This document shows positions 1 through 6,775 of a stretch of DNA of 12,091 nt, piece after piece. The stretch is taken from positions 1 to 12,091 of the forward strand of contig JACPCX010000091.1 in the NCBI GenBank assembly GCA_016184305.1. Direction: 5' to 3'. Source of the stretch: Candidatus Rokuibacteriota bacterium (lineage in GTDB: Bacteria > Methylomirabilota > Methylomirabilia > Rokubacteriales > CSP1-6). Position numbers and translations under genes: made by a program. Within the stretch, counting starts at the first letter, position 1, and every line of letters begins with the position of its first letter. Below the pieces are notes generated by a model. It saw only the letters and a list, made by a program, of their open reading frames with translations, was not told where the DNA came from and made no database searches.

Positions 1-514
1 CATCGTCTTCTGCCTCATGTGGACTCACGGGCTGATGGCGGCGTATCTGCCGCTCTATGCGGAATCCCAGGGCACGAACCCGGGCCTCTTCTTCCTCGTG
101 CTCGCGCTGGTGGTGGCCGCCGTGAGGGGCTATGCGGGGCAGGTCTCGGACCGGCTGGGGCGCGCCCCGGTGGCGGCCATCGGCCTCGTTCTCACCGCCG
201 CGGCGCTGGCCGCCCTGGCAGCGGGTCGCGGCCCGTGGGGCCTCGTGCTCGCGGGCGCGCTTCAAGGCCTCGGCTTCGGGACAGCGCAGCCGCCACTCAT
301 GGCCTGGACCGTGGACCTCGTGCCGGCAGCCGAGCGGGGCAAGGCGATGGGCACCTACTACACGGCGCTGGAGCTGGGGATCGCCGCAGGCGCGATCGGC
401 TCGGGGATGATCCTGCCGCATGCCGGCTTCCGCCTCCTGTTCCTGCTGACGGCCGCGCTGCCGGCCACGGGCGCCGCGCTGGCCCTCGCGCGGGTGCGTC
501 GCGCCGCGCGATGA
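1..514 (+). CDS. MFS transporter, 3' part (gene starts upstream of the window)
   Basis: Frame is open from position 2 (IVFCLMWTHG...). It has several hydrophobic helices, an MFS motif A-like GQVSDRLGR and a late-loop ERGKAMGTY. TGA stop at 512-514. Confidence 0.9.
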   Translation, partial: IVFCLMWTHGLMAAYLPLYAESQGTNPGLFFLVLALVVAAVRGYAGQVSDRLGRAPVAAIGLVLTAAALAALAAGRGPWGLVLAGALQGLGFGTAQPPLMAWTVDLVPAAERGKAMGTYYTALELGIAAGAIGSGMILPHAGFRLLFLLTAALPATGAALALARVRRAAR

Positions 515-735
515 CCCGCTTCGCAGAGCTTGAGCGGAGCTGCGCCGAGGTCGCGAGGGACATCAACGGGTGACGTTCCCCCCCTCGGAGCCGGACGTGT
601 GCGCCCACCACGCTCGACCGGATCTGCTCGGCCCCGGGGCACCGCGCGCCGCCTCCGCCCGGATCTTGTGCATCGCGTGAGTCTCCTGGCCACGCTCGAA
701 TACGAGTGACATGGTCTCGCGATCAGCGGGCCGGG

Positions 736-1206
736 TCAGCGCGCGCGGAGGCCCGCGATCACATCGAGGACGCGCAGGATCTCGGCGCCGTCCCGCACCA
801 TGTGACGGTCGCCCGCCTGGCCCCAGCGGAGCGCACCGTCGCGGTCCACGATGAAGGTCGAGCGCCAGGCGACATTCCGCGCCTCGTCGAGCACGCCGTA
901 CGCGCGGATGACCGTCCGGTGGATGTCACTCAGCAGCGCGAAGGGGAAGCGGCGCGCCTCGGCGTAGGCGGCGTGCGAGAAGGTGCTGTCCGCGCTGATG
1001 CCGAGGAAGACGGCGCCGCGCTCCCGAAGCCGAGCGTCGACCTTGACCAGGTCGGTGATCTCCGGCGTTCAGATGCTCCCCCAGTCGAAGCAGTAGAAGA
1101 CGAGCACCACGTCCTGCCCGCGGAGGGCGGAGAGGGTGATGTCCGCCCCCGCCGTGGACGGCAGCGTGAAGTCGGGCGCCGGCTGACCGAAGCGCAACCC
1201 CGTCAT
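736..1206 (-). CDS. AhpC/TSA-family peroxiredoxin-like protein, probable selenoprotein (Sec46, in-frame TGA at 1069-1071), 156 aa
   Basis: Manual translation through the TGA: MTGLRFGQPAPDFTLPSTAGADITLSALRGQDVVLVFYCFDWGSI-U-TPEITDLVKVDARLRERGAVFLGISADSTFSHAAYAEARRFPFALLSDIHRTVIRAYGVLDEARNVAWRSTFIVDRDGALRWGQAGDRHMVRDGAEILRVLDVIAGLRAR*. Prx hallmarks lie on both sides of the TGA (GQPAPDFTL, GISAD, FPFALLSD, RSTFIVD). The TGA sits at the peroxidatic Cys position. The ATG overlaps the upstream stop (ATGA, 1203-1206). Confidence 0.88.
1024..1068 (-). promoter_or_regulatory. Putative bacterial SECIS element of the Sec-peroxiredoxin
   Basis: mRNA reads UGA-ACGCCGGAGAUCAC-CGACCU-GGUCA-AGGUCG-ACGCUCGGCUUCGG. 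A perfect 6-bp stem (hairpin at 1038-1054) closes a 5-nt loop starting with GG, 20 nt after the UGA. A lower stem CCGGAG/CUUCGG is possible. Confidence 0.75.
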
Positions 1207-2291
1207 GAGGGGATCGCCTCGTCCAGGAGGGGAAAGGCGCTGGTCGCGTGCGGGAGGACCACCGGCGTCGCCGGGTTCAGGTAGGAGCGGTCGAGCTGCG
1301 CCAGCCGCTCCACGCCCAGGAGCCCGAGGCAGATGCGGATCTCCTCCTCGAGCAGCTCCAGGGCGCGCACGAGACCCGCTTGCCCCGCGGCCGCCAGCCC
1401 GACGCAGGCGAGCCGCCCGATCCCGACCGCGGCTGCCCCCAGGGCGACGGCCTTGACGATGTCGGTGCCCCGCAGGAACCCGCCGTCCACGATGATCGTG
1501 GCCCGGCCGCCCACGGCCGCCACCACCTCCGGGAGCGCCTCGGTGGTGCCGCGGCCGTGATCGAGCTGTCGCCCCCCGTGGTTCGACACGTAGAGGCCGT
1601 CCACTCCGAGGTCGCAGGCCAGCGCCGCGTCCTCCGCGGTCGCGATGCCCTTCAGGATCAGGGGAATCGCGTGGGTGTCCTTGAAACGCTTGACGTGGTC
1701 CCACGTGAGACCGGCCTGGTAGTCGAAGCCGGTGGCGCGCACGCGCCAGGGCTTCACGAAGCGCCGGGCCAGATCGCGCTCGCGACGGCCGTAGACGGCG
1801 GTGTCCACCGTGAGGCAGAAGGCGGCGTAGCCGTGCTCCACCGCCCGTCTGACATGATCATCCACCCAGCCGACGTCGCCGCGCACGTAGAGCTGGAACA
1901 TGCGGAAGCCGTCGGCCGCGGCCGCGACGGCCTCGAGCCCCGGGTTGCAGACCGAGGACAGCATGAGCGGGATGCCGAACTCGGCGGCCGCCTTCGCGGC
2001 GGTGGCCCCGCCGCCCGGGGTGAAGGTCTCGATGGAGCCGACGGGGGCGACCAGGACCGGCAGGCGAACCGCCCGCCCGAACAGCGCCGAGGTGCAGTCG
2101 ATGCGCGAGACATCCCGCAGGACCCGCGGGCGAAAAGCGATGGAGTCCAGGGCCTGGCGGTTGCGCCGGAGGGTGGTCTCGGTCTCGGCGCCGCCGATGA
2201 GGTAATCCCAGGGGCCCGGCTCGAGGTTCTGGCGCGCGGCCTTGACGATCTCGTGAAGCGTCTGGAACCGCTCCTCCAGGTTGGACGTCAT
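1203..2291 (-). CDS. FMN-dependent alpha-hydroxy acid oxidase/dehydrogenase (glycolate oxidase / L-lactate dehydrogenase family), 362 aa
   Basis: Starts MTSNLEERFQTLHEIV with an ATGA overlap at 2288-2291. Family motifs: WDYLIGGAETETT, RPRVLRDVS, FQLYV, LTVDT, LILKGI, catalytic SNHGGRQLD, DGGxxRGTD. Confidence 0.93.
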   Translation of the reverse strand: MTSNLEERFQTLHEIVKAARQNLEPGPWDYLIGGAETETTLRRNRQALDSIAFRPRVLRDVSRIDCTSALFGRAVRLPVLVAPVGSIETFTPGGGATAAKAAAEFGIPLMLSSVCNPGLEAVAAAADGFRMFQLYVRGDVGWVDDHVRRAVEHGYAAFCLTVDTAVYGRRERDLARRFVKPWRVRATGFDYQAGLTWDHVKRFKDTHAIPLILKGIATAEDAALACDLGVDGLYVSNHGGRQLDHGRGTTEALPEVVAAVGGRATIIVDGGFLRGTDIVKAVALGAAAVGIGRLACVGLAAAGQAGLVRALELLEEEIRICLGLLGVERLAQLDRSYLNPATPVVLPHATSAFPLLDEAIPS

Positions 2292-2929
2292 CGGCCGCGA
2301 AGCTTGCGCGCCGCCTCGGCCCGCATCGTCTGCATGGCGCGCGTCTCCTGATCGGAGTACCGCTCCTCCTGCCAGGGGTCGGCCTGCATGTGATAGCCGT
2401 TGACCTCCCAGAAGCCCGGCGGGTTCACGTCCAGGAACTCGAAGCCGCGCAGCCACTTGGCGCTCTTCCAGAAGTAGAGCTTCGGCACCACGAGCCTGAG
2501 CGGGCCCCCGTGCTCGGACTCGAGGTCGCGCCCGTCGTGCTTGAGGGCCAGCAGCACGTCGTCCTGCACCAGCGCCTCGAGCGGCAGGTTGGTCGTGTAG
2601 TCGGGGTCGGCGTGGATCATCACGGCGCGGGCCCCGGGCTTGAGGCGGACGCGCTTCATGATCTCGCGGATGTGGACGCCCTCGAAGCGGTTGTCCAGCC
2701 GCGACCACCGCGTGACGCAGTGAATGTCGCAGGCCACCTCGGTCCGCGGCAGGGCGAGAAACTCCTCCCAGGTGAAGCGCACCTCTTCCTCGACCAGCCC
2801 GAAGCAGCGAAAGCTCCATCGCGCGGGATCGAAGCGCGGCGTGAGGCCGTAGGTGAGCACCGGCCACTTGTCGGTCAGCACCTGGCCCGGCGGAACGCGG
2901 TGCGCGAGATCGGGCGGCGTCTCCTTCAT
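2288..2929 (-). CDS. Sulfite oxidase-like molybdopterin-dependent oxidoreductase (MsrP/YedY-related, no obvious Tat signal)
   Basis: Motifs RVPPGQ, DIHCVTRWS (Mo-ligating Cys), YTTNLPL, EHGGPLRLVVPKLYFWKSAKWL, PGFWEVNGYH. Start chosen at MKETPP because AGGAG precedes it. An alternative in-frame ATG lies at 3031. Confidence 0.9.
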   Translation of the reverse strand: MKETPPDLAHRVPPGQVLTDKWPVLTYGLTPRFDPARWSFRCFGLVEEEVRFTWEEFLALPRTEVACDIHCVTRWSRLDNRFEGVHIREIMKRVRLKPGARAVMIHADPDYTTNLPLEALVQDDVLLALKHDGRDLESEHGGPLRLVVPKLYFWKSAKWLRGFEFLDVNPPGFWEVNGYHMQADPWQEERYSDQETRAMQTMRAEAARKLRGR

Positions 2930-3041
2930 CCGGATCGCTCCTCTGGCTGTCATCGTGGGGCTCCGCGGGGTCTTGGCGCGCGACATGACGAGCCAGACCG
3001 CGAAGCGGCCGACGGCGTCCTTCAGCCCCATGCGCCAGCGC

Positions 3042-3101
3042 TCATCCCGCGAAGCGGTACCCCTGGCCGTGCACGGTCAGAATATACTGCGGGTGGCCAG
3101 G
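3042..3101 (-). pseudogene. Remnant resembling the extreme C-terminus of an OmpR/PhoB-family response regulator (PGHPQYILTVHGQGYRFAG*)
   Basis: Nineteen codons plus TGA directly behind, and in frame with, the radical SAM TAG. They match the winged-helix terminal beta-hairpin pattern P-x-x-P-x-Y-I-x-T-V-x-G-x-G-Y-R-F. Confidence 0.6.
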
Positions 3102-4103
3102 CTACAGACTCCATTTCACGCCGCAGCCGCGGCACGGCTCGGGCGGCGCCTCGGTCTGGATGGCGCCCCGGAACTCGAGATAGCGCGGGCCCCACCAGAT
3201 CTCCGCGAGCGACTGACGGAAGAGATTGCCGAGGACGATGCCGTCGTAATGTGCCGTGATCCACGGAGCGATGCAGCAGGGCAGCACGTTCCCGTGCACG
3301 GTCACGTACACGAGGCTCCAGGGACGGCGGCAGGCGCTCCAGGGCCGGTCCTCCTGGGCCGGGTTGAGGCTCACCTCGGGCGCCACCGCTCCGGACGCGG
3401 AGAAGACGATCCCGGCGGCCCGGGCGGCCGCCGCCGCGTGCTGGATCAGCGCCTCCTCACGCTCGACGAGCCGTCCGTGGAGCGACTGCTCCGCCGTGGC
3501 GAGGCCGAGGCCGTTGTAGACCAGCCGCTGGAGGTTCACGCCCTCGGCACCGACCCGCGAGGCCAGCGGCACGAGCCCGGCGATCTCATCGATATTGGCC
3601 TTGAGCGCGGTGAACCAGAGGGACACGCGCGGGCGCGCCGTCCCGGCCTCGCGCTTCGCCGCCGCGAGCCCGCTCACGTTGCCCACGACCTTGTCGAAGG
3701 CGTCCACGCCCCGCACCTTGTCGTAGGTCGCGGCGGTCGCGGCATCCAGCGACACTCGGATCTCGTCCAGTCCGCTCTCGATGAGCGCCGTGCGGAGCCG
3801 GGGCGAGAGCGTGATCGCGTTGGAGTTGAAGAGCACGGTGGCGCCGCGGCCCTTGAGGTGGGCGATCATGCGCGGCAGGGCCCGGTTCAGGAGCGGCTCG
3901 CCGATGCCGTGGAGCAGGACGCGCTCGAGGACCGGGAACTGGTCCACGACGCGGCGGAACTCCTCCCAGCCGAGATCCTTCTGCGGCTCGCGCCCCCCGA
4001 AGGTGAGGATGCACGTCTGGCAGAGCGAGTTGCAGCGGCTCGTGGTCTCCAGATACAGCGAGCGCGGCAGCGGAGGCTTCACGGCCAGCGCCTCGCCGCT
4101 CAT
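3102..4103 (-). CDS. Radical SAM protein with C-terminal SPASM/Twitch-type auxiliary Fe-S domain, 333 aa
   Basis: Starts MSGEALAVKPP with an ATGA overlap at 4100-4103. CxxxCxxC = CNSLCQTC, plus HGIGEPLL and VSLDA. C-terminal CRRPW...VHGNVLPCC...LGNL...PEPCRGC. TAG stop. Confidence 0.92.
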   Translation of the reverse strand: MSGEALAVKPPLPRSLYLETTSRCNSLCQTCILTFGGREPQKDLGWEEFRRVVDQFPVLERVLLHGIGEPLLNRALPRMIAHLKGRGATVLFNSNAITLSPRLRTALIESGLDEIRVSLDAATAATYDKVRGVDAFDKVVGNVSGLAAAKREAGTARPRVSLWFTALKANIDEIAGLVPLASRVGAEGVNLQRLVYNGLGLATAEQSLHGRLVEREEALIQHAAAAARAAGIVFSASGAVAPEVSLNPAQEDRPWSACRRPWSLVYVTVHGNVLPCCIAPWITAHYDGIVLGNLFRQSLAEIWWGPRYLEFRGAIQTEAPPEPCRGCGVKWSL

Positions 4104-5359
4104 GCCGAGCGCTCCGCGAGCGCGTCGAGCGCCCGCCGGCGGTACAGCCACCAGCCAGCGCCCGCGGCGAGCGGTGCCGCCTCCACGGCGCGGGCCCACC
4201 AGGGAATGGCCCACGGGTCCTGGAGGAAGAAGGTGTAGGCCATGGCCAGGGTCCCGGTGAAGGCGATCCACGGCAGCGACGGCACGACGGCCAGGACCGG
4301 GACGAGCCACAGCGCGTACCAGGGGAAGAGGTTCGGCGACAGCAGCAGGACGCCGCCGATGACGGGCAGCGCGCGCGCCGGCAGCGGAGCCTCGCGCCGG
4401 CACAACCCCATCCAGAGCACCCACACGGCGAGCGCCGCCGCCTCGAGCCCGGGAAAGTGGACCACCGAGCGGAGCAGACCCGGATTGAAGTACTCCTCCT
4501 CGAGATAGCGGGGCAGCGAACCCAGCACGGAGAGTCCGCCGGACGCCACCGGCGCGTACCCGAGAACCAGCACCGCGCCGAAGCCGCACAGCACCGGGAG
4601 CGTGCCCGGCCCGAGCAGGAGTGGGAGCAGCGCGGCCGGGTAGAGCTTCAGCAGTGTCCCCGCCGCCAGCAGGCCGCCTGCCAGAGCGTGCCGCCCGGCC
4701 ACCGAGGCCCACAGGGCCCCGACGACCGCCGGCACCACCATCGCGTCCAGATGCCCGCTTCCCCAACCCTCGACCAGCACCAGAGGATTCCAGGCGTAAA
4801 TCACTGCCCGTACGGGAAAAATACGAAGGGCCCTCAGCAGCCCAATCAAAACCACGAGACCGATCAGCTCGAAGAGCCCGAGGGCCGCCTTCATCGCCAG
4901 GACACTGTCGGGCCTGACGGCGTAGACGGCGCGAAAGAAGGCCTCGGCGCCCGGGGGATAGATGGTGTGCCACGCCGGGTGGTTCAGATGCGGATAGATG
5001 GCCGCATCCCGCAGATGCGACAGCGCCGGCGCCTCCGGCGGATGCAGGTACGGGCTGATCCCCGCAACGGCGACCCGCGCGTCCCAGACGTACCGGTACG
5101 CATCGGTCGACAGCGTCGGCACGGCTGGCAGCAGCGCCAGGCGGGCACCGCCGGCCACGATGAGGACAAGAAGCATTCCCCTGCCCCCGCGCGACTCGTG
5201 GAGCGCCCACGCGCCCAGCGCGTAGCAGGCAAACGCGCCCGCGAAGAGGAGCAGGAAGGTCACCGGCGCCTGGGCGAGGTTGGGCACGCGGGCCAGCCCC
5301 GCACAGGCAGCCACGAGACCGGCGCCGGCCAGGGCCGCTGCCTGCCTCTTCGCGCTCAC
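4100..5359 (-). CDS. Polytopic membrane glycosyltransferase, GT87/DUF2029-like (GT-C fold), about 419 aa
   Basis: GTG start overlaps the GT2 stop (GTGA, 5356-5359). Motifs LSTDAYRYVWD, ISPYLHPP, TIYPP, YAWNPL, SGHLD, KLYP and FPWYALW, with many TM segments. Confidence 0.8.
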   Translation of the reverse strand: MSAKRQAAALAGAGLVAACAGLARVPNLAQAPVTFLLLFAGAFACYALGAWALHESRGGRGMLLVLIVAGGARLALLPAVPTLSTDAYRYVWDARVAVAGISPYLHPPEAPALSHLRDAAIYPHLNHPAWHTIYPPGAEAFFRAVYAVRPDSVLAMKAALGLFELIGLVVLIGLLRALRIFPVRAVIYAWNPLVLVEGWGSGHLDAMVVPAVVGALWASVAGRHALAGGLLAAGTLLKLYPAALLPLLLGPGTLPVLCGFGAVLVLGYAPVASGGLSVLGSLPRYLEEEYFNPGLLRSVVHFPGLEAAALAVWVLWMGLCRREAPLPARALPVIGGVLLLSPNLFPWYALWLVPVLAVVPSLPWIAFTGTLAMAYTFFLQDPWAIPWWARAVEAAPLAAGAGWWLYRRRALDALAERSA

Positions 5360-6036
5360 CGACGCAACTCGGCGGCCGCCCGGAGGGCCGCCTTCAGGAA
5401 ACCGTAGCCCGCGCGCACGCTGCCGACGAGCGTCCCCGACACCTTCGAGCGCCCTGCCCGCCGGGGCGCATGCGACACGGGCACTTCCACGATCCGCCCG
5501 CCGAGCGCGGCCACCTTCACGACCATCTCCACCGGCCACCCGAAGGCGCGGTCGCGCATCTGCAGGCGATGGAGCAGATCGGCGCGGATGGCGCGCAGCG
5601 GGCCGAGGTCGGTGACCCGCACACCGAACCTCCAGGCGACGTAGCGCGCCACCAGGCGCGTCCCCAGCAAGGCATGCGCAGGATGCCCGCCCGAGAACCG
5701 ACGGGCGCCGAGCACGAGGTCGGCGTCGCCCCTTGCCAGCGGAGCCAGGACATCCGGCAAGTCCTCCGGCCGCTGGCTGCCGTCACCGTCGAGAAACGCC
5801 ACCACGTCGGTGTCGCGAGCGAGCGCGCTCACCCCGGCCCAGCAGGCCGACCCGTAGCCGCGGCGCGGCTCCGTCACCACGCGGGCGCCGCTGCGGGCAG
5901 CCACAGCCCCGGTGCCGTCAGTGGACCCATTGTCCACCACCACGATCTCGGTGACGGCCCCGCGCGGCACGCGGCGAATCAGCTCGCCGATGACCGCGGC
6001 CTCGTCCAGAGCGGGAATGACGAGGGTCGCCCGCAC
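5356..6036 (-). CDS. Glycosyltransferase family 2 (polyprenol-phosphate hexose synthase/DPM1-like), about 226 aa
   Basis: Motifs VIPALDE, IVVVDNGSTDGT, RRGYGSAC, DxD in FLDGDGS, DLVLGAR, TDLGPLRAIR, FGWPVEM, GRSKVSGT. GTG start 5 nt after the DoxX stop. Confidence 0.92.
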   Translation of the reverse strand: MRATLVIPALDEAAVIGELIRRVPRGAVTEIVVVDNGSTDGTGAVAARSGARVVTEPRRGYGSACWAGVSALARDTDVVAFLDGDGSQRPEDLPDVLAPLARGDADLVLGARRFSGGHPAHALLGTRLVARYVAWRFGVRVTDLGPLRAIRADLLHRLQMRDRAFGWPVEMVVKVAALGGRIVEVPVSHAPRRAGRSKVSGTLVGSVRAGYGFLKAALRAAAELRR

Positions 6037-6041
6037 GTGCG

Positions 6042-6599
6042 TCAGACGAGCCAGCGCAGGAGCCTGGCAGCCCGGCTTCCTCGCGCGGCCGCCCGCTCGA
6101 GCGGATCCACGAGAAAGGCGTCCACGCCGACGCTGCGCCCGGCCCCGGTGAGCATGAAGATCGCCGCGAACATGATGAGCATGGCGTAGGTCCAGCCCCA
6201 TTCGTGAGGGACGCTCAGGATGCCGACGGTGATGTTCGCCGCCATGCCGAGGGCGACGAGCGCGCCGAGCCGCGTGGCGAGACCGAGGATCAGCGTCGCG
6301 CCGATGAACATCTCGGTGAGGAGCGTCATCCAGCCGAAGACGGTCCAGTTCGGGATCATCACGCTGACGAGGAAATCTCGATAGGCCCCCACGGTCGGGT
6401 ACTGGATCTCCTGCTGCACCCAGTACCAGAGCCCGCCCCCGGACTTCCTGCCGAAGTCGTCCGACGGCACCTTCCACCTGGACTGCTGCCACCAGAGGAG
6501 GCCGTAGACAATGCGCGCCAGCCCGAGCGGCCAGAGCGGGGCCACGGCACTCCCCCACCCTGCCCGCTCCCGTCCGTCCGTGCCCTCCGCGTCGTTCAT
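6042..6599 (-). CDS. DoxX/DoxD-like (TQO small subunit family) membrane protein, 185 aa
   Basis: AAAGGAG RBS before ATG 6599. Motifs LARIVYGLLW...K, EMFIGATLILGLATRLGA and GAGRSVGVD. About four TM helices. Confidence 0.8.
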   Translation of the reverse strand: MNDAEGTDGRERAGWGSAVAPLWPLGLARIVYGLLWWQQSRWKVPSDDFGRKSGGGLWYWVQQEIQYPTVGAYRDFLVSVMIPNWTVFGWMTLLTEMFIGATLILGLATRLGALVALGMAANITVGILSVPHEWGWTYAMLIMFAAIFMLTGAGRSVGVDAFLVDPLERAAARGSRAARLLRWLV

Positions 6600-6650
6600 G
6601 AGGAGGCTCCTTTCGTGGGCATGCCCATCGTACGCGGCCCGGGCCATCGA

Positions 6651-6668
6651 GATGTCACCTGGATGTCA
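6651..6668. promoter_or_regulatory. Direct repeat GATGTCA-N4-GATGTCA (11-bp period), candidate OmpR/PhoB-family operator upstream of doxX
   Basis: GATGTCA occurs at 6651-6657 and 6662-6668. On the minus strand it contains TTGACA (6669-6664). A TACGAT -10-like hexamer lies at 6632-6627. Confidence 0.45.
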
Positions 6669-6746
6669 ACAGTGCGCCCGCTCGCCGACCATCGTACAGG
6701 GCTCCGCCCCGGGAATCGACAGGTGCCCAGCCCGGGTCAAGAATCA

Positions 6747-6775
6747 TTGGTCGGCCCTCGGCGACACCCTATAAT
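6747..6775 (+). promoter_or_regulatory. Sigma70-type promoter for the NYN gene
   Basis: TTGGTC (6747-6752), 17-nt spacer, then a perfect TATAAT (6770-6775) in otherwise GC-rich DNA. Confidence 0.65.

Noticed and set aside
1207..1704. N-terminal 166 aa of listed ORF 1069..1704 (-)
   Set aside because: Off-frame overlap with the alpha-hydroxy acid oxidase, with low-complexity Arg/Gly content. The real start is ATG 1206.
3042..3104. Amber read-through or pyrrolysine extending the radical SAM protein
   Set aside because: The radical SAM ends naturally just after its last CxxC, and the 19-aa extension resembles an unrelated regulator tail. Nothing in the window indicates pyl machinery, so a deletion scar is simpler.
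3102..4103. RiPP biosynthetic cluster based on the SPASM-type radical SAM
   Set aside because: No precursor peptide, RRE/PqqD domain, peptidase or peptide exporter nearby. The coupled neighbours are glycosyltransferases.
4104..5210. 702-aa ORF 3102..5210 as a fused radical SAM protein; likewise the long N-termini of 1203..2867, 4100..5539 and 5356..6558
   Set aside because: The extensions overlap genuine upstream genes in other frames and are Arg/Gly/Ala-rich shadow sequence. Coupled starts exist at 4103, 2291, 5359 and 6036.
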